Shown here piece by piece: positions 12,415 to 24,822 of a DNA stretch of 64,000 nt. This DNA comes from Adineta vaga. Its lineage: Eukaryota; Animalia; Rotifera. The DNA is taken from NCBI GenBank assembly GCA_021613535.1, contig CP075497.1, positions 13,764,001-13,828,000 of the forward strand, in the 5' to 3' direction. Both the position numbers and the translations under genes were made by a program. Numbering within the stretch: position 1 is the first letter of the stretch; the number at the start of each line of letters is the position of its first letter. The notes beneath the pieces are model-generated. The model was not told where the DNA came from, searched no databases, and worked only from the letters and a program-made list of their open reading frames with translations.

Positions 12415-13600
12415 GAGAGCAGCTCGTCGCTCGTCGGCGCCCCTATAGGGCGCCACTCACGACTCGCTGCTCCGCACTTATCCCTATCAAAGCTTATTCC
12501 CCAACTTTTGTGCCCAAATCGTCAAACTGCACAGCTTTTGTTTCATTACGACCCTCCTTACAGTTAACCAACACACTCTCAAAATATTACATTTTCAATA
12601 TTCACCAAAGAACATGTTCCCTTCACCATCTCAAAAAACATTTTCACAGGACTTTAGAACCGACCGATACACCTAGAGTATAGGACTTGATGACCCATGG
12701 TTACCCCCATAGTATAGGACTTGAGGACCTATGGGTACCCTCTTAATAAAGTATAGGATATGCTTGCAATATAAAAATTTTTTGATGGATGACCTTTGAA
12801 CTTTGAGCTCTGACCTGCGACAGACAAACAAACAAATTTGAGTTCTTGACCCCCTTCTTTTCCGTAAAACCCTCTTTTCAGTCGAGGGAATTAAACAAAC
12901 GCCTTGTCGTTCGTTGGCCTCTCTCCGATCGACCACTCACGACTAGCCGCTCCCGTGTGCACACATATTTAACCATTATACGGTGGTCTTTTGCCTACGA
13001 TCTTTCTCATTCACTTGTATAGTTTCCCCATTTTACTCATGGATCGCACTAGATACTCTGATTGAACAGTGTCGTTTATCCAAACTATTAGAGGATTTTT
13101 GACTGCGTCAGTATCCAACCTGATATAATCTTGTATTAGTCCACAGGTAAGCATCGAAAGACCTGCAATTCACCGGATATGTGGAACGAAGAAACATGAG
13201 CTACCCACAGTCCAACGTCAGGGAAGCGAATAACAGCAAAGTTACAACATGAAACACTAACCTCGGTTCCAGTTCATTATTAAAAGCCGCTGTGTCAATG
13301 AACAACCCTAGAATATTGAAAACTTGTTTGTTTAACCGCAGAAACCGTCGCAGATCGACTTCTCTCGACTATTAACGGAACTTAGAAAAAAATGTTTTTT
13401 TGACCCTCACTCCTACTACCCTCCTTCCCCCCTCGCTCACATTCGAACTAGACCCATCCTATTATGACTTTTGAACGTTTTAAAGAATTTCGAAAAAATG
13501 TTTTTTTTGACCTTTGACCCGCGACATACATACATACAAACGAATTTCAATTTTTTGACCACTTTTTTTGCACAAAACCCTCCTTTCAGTCGAGGGAACA
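12415..13600. mobile_element. Two head-to-tail non-autonomous Helentron/DINE-like elements (about 12415-12890 and 12893-13600)
   Basis: Both units start with a related GC-rich hairpin block (GTCG(C/T)TCGT...CCACTCACGACT(C/A)GC). Both carry an ACAA/ACAT microsatellite and end in AACCCTC(T/C)TTTCAGTCGAGGGAA, a CCCTC/GAGGG stem-loop (12870-12888; 13578-13596). Confidence 0.55.
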
Positions 13601-14195
13601 ATCCATTTTTCACGAAAATCTTCATTACGAATCGTTTTAACTGCTTGTCGAATCATTTTGGCAGTAGAAGGTAAAGAAAGTGAATCAGCAAATTGAGAAG
13701 ATGGTACTGAAATAATGTAATTTCCGACATGTCCTTGTGTTACTAATGAATCACATATATCACGATAATTAATAATCATACGAGCACGTTGAATATATTC
13801 ATCCGTCGTAAGAAAAAAATGTTTATTTAAAGTAATAATAATATAAGCACAAAGTATATCATGAATCGTCACTTCTTCTTCTTCATCATCATCATCATCA
13901 CATTTACCAATATTGTGTAATGTATTGAGTTGTTCAGTTTTGGATTTTCCTTTGATAATACATCCAAAAAAGATTCTATCTTTTCAGCTTTTTCCGATAT
14001 TTCCTTAATAAGCGGAAAAGAAAGATCCAATTTGTCTTTGTTTAATACACATCGTTGAAAAATAGGACGAGGTGATAAAGGTTCAAGATGTTGATAAATT
14101 TGAGAAAGATCATTTAGAAAACGAATATTTGAATTAGCATCACCAACTAAATGTGATGTACTTGTATCAATAATATATTCATTACTACGAAGTAA
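13601..14195 (-). pseudogene. CoA-dependent acyltransferase (BAHD/transferase-like) gene fragment
   Basis: HxxxD motif (SHLVGDANSNIRFLNDLSQIY) and a downstream TIHDILCAYI...NYR...GN segment. Frameshifted near 13870, truncated by the repeat at 13600 and interrupted near 14200. Confidence 0.6.
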
Positions 14196-14199
14196 ATAA

Positions 14200-14252
14200 G
14201 TAGCCCGGATAGCAGAAGATGTGGGTTCGACTCCCACGAAGGTCACTTTTTT
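14200..14252 (+). mobile_element. tRNA-derived SINE fragment or tRNA 3' half
   Basis: T-arm/B-box GTGGGTTCGACTCCCAC followed by GAAGGTCA and an oligo-T run; no A-box, D-arm or 5' acceptor strand. Confidence 0.5.
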
Positions 14253-15219
14253 CCATTCTCTCTTTCTTTCGTTCTCTTTCGCTGATGTCCCTTTCATTGC
14301 TCATATATGAGGCTAACACATTTCTTGATGGAACAGATGCATCAATGTAACAAGTCATTTTAAATCTTGGTTTTCTTTTAAATAATTATATTGTATTTTT
14401 CTCGCCTTATATATGTAAAAGTTGCGAAATAACGATTAAAGTCCGTCAGATTACTTGTTTTTCTCTCCACTAATAAAAAATGTAGGTCAGAGATACGAAA
14501 GAACCGAAAATTTTCTCGATTGGTTCTTTGATTCCAACTAGATATAATCGAAGATGGCGCAAGATACTGCTCTGACAGAATTGACAATCCAAAGAAAAAT
14601 TTCTTTGTTCAATAAACTTAGATATCAAAATTAAGGGTGGAACAATTGAAAACCTTGGGATAGTTTTAAAAGAAAACATCATAGAGTTTCTCGACGAATT
14701 ACGAATATTGTTACGCACCACGAAATTGACAATTATGATGCCGTTCGAAAATCTGCACAGGAATTTCGAATACAATTTTATTACTTCCTATCACAATATA
14801 ATCCGTGTGAAATCATTAACAATACCAAAAAAGACGACCATTGAGCTTCAATCTTTGGATTGTTTCTATAATAGACAAATGAAATATTTCATAAAACAGT
14901 TGTACAACCGTGTGGTCGTGGATAAAATTGATATTCATCTATACGAACGCAATAATATAATTAAAGCATTTTCTAGAAAGCGATGAATCTTATTCAAACA
15001 AAATGAAATGTATTATCTTTTAAAACATTACAAAACAATTCATCTGTAAAAAATTAGGTCGCAGCAAGAAAATATGTTTCATTTTATATTAGATAAAGAA
15101 CAACAAATAAGAAATACAAGTGATACAATATATTTAGCACGGAATTGAATGCCACTGTCTGTCTTCATTTCGTCCCTATCATCAATAATCTGAATTGAAA
15201 TGACAGAAGAAGAATATTG

Positions 15220-18200
15220 TCAGTGACAACGTGTAAATATATATTGTTTAATGCGTACAATTGTCTGATTCAATTCTTTTTTATAGGTTTCCGATGGGAT
15301 CACGAAAACGACAAATAAAAGCATTGGTGGTAGAAACGAGATTAGATAACCACTCAGATAGATCGCTAGATAACCTCTTGTTGTTTTCATACAACCGGAT
15401 ACAAACGAAATAACAAGTCGAGGTGAAGCTAATAGAATTAGAATAGCTGGACTAATTAATAAATGCTTTAGTTCATATAATTGTCGTCGTAATTGCTGAT
15501 TGTTAGATTGTTGTCTTTGTGCTTGGGATCGTTGACTAGCAGTATGTGTAATAATATATAGAGCGGAAAGAATATTGAAAAGAAACGGCAAAAAGAAATG
15601 ACATGCAGAAACGATTGAATTGAATAATTGTAAAGATGGACTGAATTGTACATGGCACCATGTTCGACGTTCATCTTCTTCATCTCCATCTTCATTATCA
15701 TCGATTAGTCGACGATAGATTGGATCATGCACATAAGTTACAGTAGTAAATATATAAGTACTGATGATCATCCATTTGGCCATTCTTTTTGTTTGCATTT
15801 TATCAAACTTGACACCTTTCTGCACAGTAATGGCTCGTTCGACACCAACAAAACTATTGAGCCAATCACTGACACTCAAGAGAACTTTCAGCATATATTC
15901 AATTGATATACAATTGAGTAACATATATTGACGATTGGCAATTATACCCATTTGTGAAACAAGAAGAAAATAGAATTTTAGAGAAAATATAACAAGCGTC
16001 ATTGCTGATGTGATCGAGGACACAAGAAGATAATAACCACAGCCTACTTCGAGTGTTTTCTTTGTATAAAAAGTCATCACACACAATAAACTACCAATCA
16101 TACCAACTATCAACATAATTGTCACAATGATAGTCGTCAAATGAATGACAAAACGTTGATTTCGAAATGATCGATTCGATTGAATCTGATGACCAAGAAT
16201 AGCATCTAATGAAAGACCAATACCTTTTGTCGAAAATTGACAACGCGAACCATATGAACATTCGTTACAAACACACATGAACGATGTTGGACAATTAGGA
16301 TCATCACGAAAACATTGACCATGATTTTCACATGGATTCTGTTCTTCACAATCATAAGATTTCGAATGATTAAATATGAAACAATTTGCTTGCCGAATAT
16401 CTTCATAACAGATACATAGATGTATCTCATCATAGAAACATCGTAGTTCTCTTCGTTCTTGACACAGTAAATGATAGTATTTCATACGGCGAAGAAGATG
16501 CCATCTTACCAATGTGTCATTAAAGAGTTTTGTAATTGATAAACAACGATCTGAGACTTTGATAGTGACTGAGATATTCGAGTGTGGAATGAATTCTTGT
16601 TGAAATATAGATAAATAATAGATTTTTGATTGTGCCATCTCAATGAAAACAAGATGAAATCGTAAAGATGTGAGAAAAGATATGGTTTCTTGATTGATTT
16701 CAATTTTTTTAAAACTTGTTGATCGAAGAGGAGATTGATGTTTGCCAAATACTTCGATGAAATGTACCAGTATTGATGATGATATAGGTATCTCAGATGC
16801 AAATGATAATGTAATTCGTGTATCACGTTTTTCACATTTCGCACCAGAATAACCTTTCGGACAAAGACATACACTTTCTTCTTTTCGTATATGTTCATCG
16901 TTTGGTATACATGTTCCACCATGTTGACATGAACATTTCAGATGTTTAAGATAACAACGGGGACCAAACTTATTCAATGGACAAACACATATATTTGAAG
17001 CAACACAAAGTGAATCCGATGAACAATGACACGTATATAGAACATCGCAGTACTTACCAGACCATCCTTTGTCACAAAAACAATAGACACTTGGTGTATT
17101 TACATACTGCAAACACCGACCATGAAGCCCACAATTCAATTCGGTACACTTGAATGCAGTAACTTTTTTCGGTGGAATTTGCAACTGAATAGCCATACGA
17201 TATACTGGTAAAAACGAAAATACAATAGGAAATAACCAACTCGTATGATGTTCGAGTGTTTGCTTGTTGAAGATATCAATTCGTACACTGTGATTTGTTG
17301 AGACATTTTTTGGACGTGTCGCATACAAAAGATAGATATTAAACTTGGTATGACAATCACGCTCGTAATAATAATAAGCCTGATCAAACGATTCAATACG
17401 ATTGTCTTGGTTATCACGCAGTGTAATCACAATAGCAAACAAAGTACGAAATTCGAATGCTGCGCGCACTTTCACTGTCAAACTAACACGTTGGTTTTGA
17501 TATTGACACCATTGTCCGTAGTACGCTGGTGGACAAAGACAAACTAGCTGAATATTGTTGCTGGTGGCAGTTGTAACGCTGTGACTATTTTTACGATGAT
17601 GAACCACGAGACCTCGATTGCATAACCACGTCAGATAACCTTCTTTCCAAGAAGAATCACGACTTTTTTTCTTATTGGCGTGTGGAGCTACGAGATAAGG
17701 ATATCCTAGAAGTGAAAAAAAAATCATCAAATGATGATTATTTGTCTATATACTTCTAATTTCATTCTTGAACAAATATTTTTGTCTTACTCAACGAGAA
17801 AACAACTGTTGAAATCATCGGTGTTTAAAGTTTCCAACCGATGTATCATTAAACCTGTAGCTAAGTTAGTATACGCAATCTAAATCCTAAATCATCATTC
17901 AGTTTTAAGATAATCAAATAGATATAGCTCCATGAATGAATATTTTTATGTTATTTATAAACGCGAATCAAAAAAGAAATCGTTTGTTTGAATGATGATG
18001 TCTTCTGTATTTGTTTTGCCTTCAAATCAAAAGAGATTTATTGAACATGATATTAGATACTTACGTGGCATCTTCAGTTTTGCATAAGACGTTGAACCAA
18101 CAAGTGTAAAATATATCGTGATTAAATACTTCATATCTGTTAATGTACATAAATGTTGTTCTACATGACTAAGATTTGACCCTGAATTACAACGCAGATC

Positions 18201-20727
18201 TAATATTCCTTCTATCTCTTGACAGAAACGCATCGAGTTATTATTATAAACGGGACACAGATACGGTTTCACACAAACTATTCGACTACTGATACATGTA
18301 TTTGTATGCAAACAACGATAACGAATAGCGGGTAGAGAGGTAGGTTGTTGTCGACACAAGTACCGTTCATCAAAAGCACCCAAACAATCATCTACACCAT
18401 CATTGATAGAACTCATAGGTAAACAAATGAGATGACCAGACAAAGGTGAAAGACATAAATGATGAAATAAAGGACACAATGGTGGCCATTCACAATTCAC
18501 TTCATCAGCACCATCACGACAATTCCAAAATCCATCACATCGAGTATACGTATTATTACATGGAAAATGCATACATTCATTCTCATCTGTTTCGTTACGA
18601 CCATCGATTATTATTGATTGAACATGAATATAACCATCACACAATATTTGAAATGAAAGTGATGTTGATTGTTTATTATCAAATTGATCTTTTTCATCGG
18701 ATTCATCTTCACAATTCATTTGATCATTCATTACTAGTAATTGAGATACACATTTCATATTCTTATTATGATCACATTGAAAACGATGATTATAATGTTT
18801 CAATGAACAACTTTCTTCATATGATTCATCATCTCCATGTAAACAATCTTCAATTCCATCGATGAGACGATATGATGAAATGACTTTAGATGTATTCATA
18901 CATCGATATGAATGAGAATAATCAACTAATGGCCATGACTGATGATAGGTAGAGCATTTATGAAAGATTTTATATAGTCCACTCCATACTTGCTCCCACA
19001 AAAAGGTCATATTATTTAAAATTTGAAATGCATGGAATGGTCGACAAATACTTTTGTCACCGAAGAGATCGATCGAAGGATGTGATGAACTGGAGAACAG
19101 ATTCTGATCACACAGATGATCTGCATAGCAAATATAGTCTGGATCAACAAAAATTTCTATGGAACGGTTTAATAACTTGTTCTAAATAGAAAAATATCTT
19201 TGATAGAAAATATTTAGATAAAATTTTAAAATTGTTTTGTAACTGAGAACAGATCAATGTACTAAAAGAATATCGATAATAATTTTTTCTCGGTCTCATC
19301 TACTAACACTAAACTCGAACGTCATGGTTAAACTTCTCAGACATGCGACTATGACTGTCTACAAAAAAATATGCGTTATTGTCCAGACTTCTAGTCCAAA
19401 ACATATCGATTTAAAAGTTCATCTTACTATTTTCTTCAAAAATATATATCAATTTCACAAAATCTAACATCACTTTAGATTTTCTCAACAGTTCCCTAGT
19501 TATTATTCAATGACATACTAAAGTTTGATTATTGGTATAAATCATTCGTACATGACCAAATAATATTGGTGGAATTTCGACAAATTGAGGACAATATTGT
19601 TTAATCTCATTCATAAATATGTGCGATGGTGGCAGACAATGTTCATCATCATAATAATTAAAAAACCATGGCATTTTGATAAAACATGCAATAGCGAAAC
19701 GACACTCGTTTGAAACATTTCTTTGTGACCAAAGCGCATTGTACAAGAAGAAATCACGTTTATTCTGACAACCGGACGTATATAGTGTACATGAGCCATC
19801 ACCACATTCGAGTGTATACTTCTCATATAGTGATGTATGACATCGATGATCTTCACATCGAAATGCTGGATCACTAGTACAAATAGTGGGATGTTGGTAT
19901 GATCGGGAAGTTTGCCCTAAATTTTCATCCGTTCTATCTAAACAATCGGCATTCCATTCATCATCATGAAGAAATACTAAAGGAATACACAAGCCATTAT
20001 GACATCGGTATTCTGTGTTTTTATCACAATGATTCATCTCTAATTGTAAACAGAATTCTTCATCAGATTTACCATTAACACAGTCAACTTTTCCATCGCA
20101 TATTTCACGCCAATCTAAACATGCACCTGGTGTTTGACCATGATTACCAACACGATCACATTGTAAATGTTCATAACACGGTAAGATATTCAACTCTGTC
20201 GGACTATAAAATACTTTCTTATCAAATATTTTCTCCACTTGATCATCAAAATCCGATTGTGGTTCATCGAAATGATATTCGCAACGAGAACCAAACCATG
20301 GATATGTACAATTATAAAATCGTATTTTATCCATTGATATGTTCGTCTCGAGATAATGCTCATACTGTTCAATAATATCAATCGCTGCTGACCATTGATA
20401 TAGTTGTTCACTACTGACATTTCTTCGTCGTAATTCATCAAATGTGAATCTGTTCTCATTCTGTTCATGATCATCATTATCAGCCAAATCAAATATCATT
20501 TCATTAAATGAAACACGTTGGCAATATTGAATGAATTGAAAGGCAAAACCTTTTCTAGGAACATTATAGTATAAGCAATCATGATCATAACTATGCACAA
20601 ATGTATGTGTATAATACAGATGAAAACCTGATAACTTTGAGCAGTAGTTAGTTGATAAAATAGAACATAAACAAAGGAAACATAATTGTATTTCCAATCG
20701 TGTCATTGTTAAATCATTGATATTCAA
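15220..20727 (-). CDS. Large multi-exon LDL-receptor class A / EGF-repeat rhodopsin-like 7TM receptor
   Basis: Main exons about 19519-20710, 18065-19182 and 15220-17705, with GT-AG borders. Signal-like N-terminus, LDLa motifs (CLDWREICDGKVDC...DE; CDGFWNCRDGADE), EGF repeats (CLCPPAYYGQWC) and a C-terminal 7TM (VGVERAITV; FVIPSETYKKE). Small extra exons are possible. Confidence 0.88.
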
Positions 20728-21444
20728 TTGATATTTGTCGTCTCCGAACCGTCTATAACATCTTTAGAACATTGAAGAATGAATAACACTGACTTTGTAG
20801 AAAGATAAAATAGAGTATATCAACAGAGAGAATAGTTATTTTTTTCTGAATCATTTGATACAGATTTATCACACATATGTCCCAAGAATATTCTCATTTT
20901 CATAACGTTGTAATCTTTTACAGGAAAGTAACTCTTTGAAACAAACGTTTGCTTTTTTTATTCCATTAGTAGGACAAGGATAAAAAAAATCTGATTCTAC
21001 ATGATCTACATTGCGACTTTTTTTTCAGTAGTAAAAAATGTTTGCCATCTGCTCTTTGTTTTATCATTAGTATTCATTTTTAGCATGTGAAACTCTTCTT
21101 GCCTTTTAAATAACTTTTAACTATTTCTAGTTTTTGACGTCAAGAAGAAAGGTAATTATTTTACATCAATAGAATAATAAATCATGCAAATATGATTATT
21201 TGATATTTACACGAGAAGTTTTTTTCTTCTGTGGAATAATTTATTTAACAACAAAAATGTGGATGATCACAGAGAGCATTGCGATAAAGAGATTCGTTTT
21301 AGAAAGAAATTTTTTAGACTAACGAAGAATATCGTGCGAAATATTAGAATGTCAATAATCTAATGGACATCCAAAATTTAAAACACTTGATATTATACGA
21401 CCAAAAGAAATAGAGAAAACTGTGATAATTGGCTATTTTTTTTT

Positions 21445-21730
21445 GGAATGAGCTTGAGGCAATATCGAGATATCTCCTTGTCTGGAAAGTCCGTGAACTA
21501 TACCAAAACAGTGAATTTTAGTCATTTCACTTACAGCATCGTGTGGCAGATGAGTTGGGCATGCGAAAGGTCTGCGTACGCTGAGTTCCTAAATTCTTGA
21601 CTGCAATCCAATGCATCGATAGAGTGGAGTGTTGCCTAGAACAATTAAACGAAACTGAAGACAAATCCGCTCAAGTTTTTCAGTGACATCGTCACTGGAG
21701 ATGAGTCATGGATGCACTACTACGATCATC
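21445..21730 (+). mobile_element. Degenerate mariner transposase fragment
   Basis: DELGMRKVCVR*VPKFLT (WVPK motif with a stop) and IVTGDESWMHYYD. Confidence 0.8.
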
Positions 21731-22009
21731 ATTGACGTATCGTTCGTTTAGTATTTATTATACAAAATACAATAGTATGGAAGATAAAGATTAATACGAA
21801 GAAGTTATATTTAGATAAATAAAATTAATAAAAGATATTAACATCATCAAGAAAAAGAATAAATATTCAAGAATATCCTCTATTTACCTTTATGTTTTTT
21901 TGTTATCGAAAAAACGACGAATACGTCAATGATGACGTATATGAAAATATCTTTCCATACGCAATTTACCTTTTGCTATTTCTATTGTTTTTATCAATGA
22001 TAAAAATAG

Positions 22010-22017
22010 TATAAATA
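22010..22017 (+). promoter_or_regulatory. Putative TATA box
   Basis: TATAAATA about 75 bp upstream of the ATG at 22088. Confidence 0.4.
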
Positions 22018-22087
22018 TTCTATAATATTTTCAATTATTCAAATAAATCGTTTTTTCTACAAACGAAAAAAAAGATAATAATTTAAA

Positions 22088-22315
22088 ATGTTTGCTCAAC
22101 CAATTGTTCATAATAATTTAAATGTTGATTATCATAATTTTGGATTAGGTAATTATGGATATGGAATATATACACAAGATAGTAGAATTTATCGTAATCC
22201 ATTAAATGGATATTTAGGTATTGAACAAGAAGTTGATTTTATTCCATTAGATACATTTCATATTCAACCATATACTGCTATTCCTGCATCTATTCGACAA
22301 CATTTTATTATTTAA
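22088..22315 (+). CDS. Small 75-aa G/Y/N-rich protein of unknown function
   Basis: AAAATG start context, strong A/T third-position bias, upstream TATA, and AATAAA about 30 bp after the stop. Confidence 0.6.
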   Translation: MFAQPIVHNNLNVDYHNFGLGNYGYGIYTQDSRIYRNPLNGYLGIEQEVDFIPLDTFHIQPYTAIPASIRQHFII

Positions 22316-22895
22316 ACAAATATTTATATGTAAATTTCATTTTTAAATAAAATAAAATGTAAGAATAGTTTGTGATAAAGTAGATAGAATAATAAAATAA
22401 GTAATAGAAATTATTTGAATGAAAAATGAAATTAAATAATGAATAAGAGTAGATATTCAATTATAAGTTATTTCTATTAAAATTGATTACATAAATAAAT
22501 AAATTAGTTGAAAAATGAGAAATAATTGTATAATAATAATAATAATAATAATTAGAATTGAGAAATGAGATTTTTTTGAATAAAATGAAAGTGAAAAGAG
22601 AATAAAAAGAAGACAATGAATATGTCATTTGTTTCATTAAGAGAAAATAAATATGAAATTGATTTACATAAATTAATATTTATAATTTCAAGAGTTATTT
22701 CAATAAATTTAAAAAATAAATAAAAAAATAATGAAATTTGATTAAAACAAGTCATTATTATATCGTTTTGTGCAATTAAAATGTGAAACATGATCTAATT
22801 GTTGTTGATAGTGGAGGGAGAGAAACAGTTTACTTCTATGTTTCCTAAGTCCAAACTTTATTCGATCGAAAAATCAAAGAATATTTATAATAAGA

Positions 22896-22912
22896 TGTAG
22901 GTGTGAGTGTGG
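22896..22912 (+). repeat. Degenerate telomere-like tract (TGTAGGTGTGAGTGTGG)
   Basis: Imperfect TGTGGG-type units directly beside a hammerhead motif. Confidence 0.55.
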
Positions 22913-22926
22913 TTGAATAATTAACT

Positions 22927-22969
22927 ACCATGATTGGTTTCGACTTATTTCAAAGTCTCATCAGATGGT
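22927..22969 (-). ncRNA. Minimal type-I hammerhead ribozyme (stem III degenerate), Penelope/Athena-type
   Basis: Minus strand: ACCAT-CTGATGA-GACTT-TGAAAT-AAGTC-GAAA-CCAA-TC-ATGGT. Stems I and II pair perfectly. Confidence 0.75.
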
Positions 22970-23039
22970 TCATAATCTTCATAATGAAAATAATCTAAAA
23001 CCAATTCGAAAGATTAAAAAGGTCTTCTAAATCAATTTC

Positions 23040-24260
23040 AAACTACATAGTTCAAAAACGTATTATCAATATTCTGTCGTAACTGGTCACTGGGCGGAAA
23101 AATATTCCGTTGGTGGATCTTGTCGCGGTAAGTGACATAAAGATCTTTTTTGCTCTTACATTTATTGATATTTGTCTGTCTTTTTCTGTACAAAAAAAGG
23201 GAAGAAAGAAATTCAGTCCAATTCAGTTACGTAAAACATTATTTCTCTAGTTTTGTTTTCTTTGTCAAACAGCAGAAAAATATGCTAAAACAAATAAAAA
23301 TTTCAAAGCAACATTTAATTCATATTTCGAATTGTTCTTAGTCTACCTATGTTTTTTTGAGATCCGCTCATATTGTTTAATATACAATTTGATTTTTTTT
23401 TAAACTTTTGTTATTTACATTGTATTTTATTATGACTATTTTATCTAATAGTTGTTCAGTTGATTGAAACATGTCTAGAAATTTCATCTTTCAGTCTTAA
23501 ACTATATAGTACAATGCTGTAAACCTCTTTCATGTTTGCTCTTGCGCATTGTCATCCTGAGATTGGCATTATTCTTGATCTTACTGAAATTGTTAAGTAC
23601 ATTAAGAAAAATCCTGAATTATCAAAATTATGATAAAGACCGAGATTAATGAAAGACATTCATGAGCATCAGTTTGGTATGGGGATCTAGAATCGATTGT
23701 TTATCTTGACCACAGTATTTTAATTTTATGTGATTTTCTTTCAGTCCAACTGGAATAACCAGTGGTCGATCTGGATCGTAATTCATTGCCTATATCTACT
23801 TTAAGAGGGCAATCACTTGCAAAACATAATCAATTATGTGAAAAGCATTATGTAGAACCATTAATACTGAGCGAAGATTTGAACTATATCTCTCACGATT
23901 ATGCAAAGATACTTACTACTATTAATCAAGTTCCACCGAACTTTAGTGGAATTAGAATGGAGAATATATAGCTTTGATAGATTGAAATTTATCTGTTCAA
24001 AGGTAGTGACATAGTCACTGAATGGTATTGGCGAAAATACTGTCTATAATTATACGAATCCTCTTTTTTGAATTACAAATCATTTTGCGAAAATAATTTA
24101 GAAGGGCGCACGTCAACTAGGCATTGGTAGAGCATATTCAAAGACTGATACAATGTATGTAGTTGCAACGTATAATTCTAGAGAATATCTTGAAGAATCG
24201 TACGAAGAAAATATTAAAAAACAATGTTGAGAAATTATTGAAGAAGGAAGGATAGAAGAA
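23040..24260 (+). pseudogene. Degraded spliced gene of unknown family
   Basis: Exon-like stretches bounded by GTAAGT (about 23128), GTATGG and TTTCAG sites, with multiple stops. Confidence 0.3.
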
Positions 24261-24822
24261 TATTTTCAAAAATCATTTTGACTTTTACATTAATGTTTTG
24301 CACAAAAAATACAAATACTATTACTTTTAATTTTGTTTTATTGATCTTTATATTAACATTTTGTGATGATGGGTAATAGATACTATGTTTTTTTTTCTTT
24401 TTAATATATTAGTAAATAATAAGGAATACTCATACTATAGATTTAGTAGATCTTTACTGAAACGCTGCATACAGTGAATTTAAGTTAAGCGCTAAAAGGA
24501 ATGAGAATCTCAACAACTTGCTAGAACAAAAAAAAAATCACGTTTTCTGTTATGAAACTACATTATAAGAAACAGATATGCTTATTTTTTACCACAGTCT
24601 CTTCTCGTACTTCGTTTTCTTCATCTTTTTCGTTTTTTTACTTTTCTTTTCTTGCTTTACAAGAGTGTATAAATGGGTACGATCATTCACGCAGAACCAA
24701 TACTTAACTTCATCATTCTAATACACATAAAGGTAATTCGTCGATGTTCTATTGCTTTCATATTTTGCTTTTGTAATTGGAAAAAAAGATGAATTGGTCT
24801 CTGCTCATATGTGCTGTCTTAA

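Noticed and set aside
14200-14252. Functional tRNA gene
   Set aside because: Only the anticodon-side remnant, T-arm and 3' acceptor strand are present; no complete cloverleaf.
15468-20492. Numerous short alternative-frame and antisense ORFs over the receptor gene (and similarly over the transposases)
   Set aside because: Shadow ORFs of long real coding regions, with no independent motifs.
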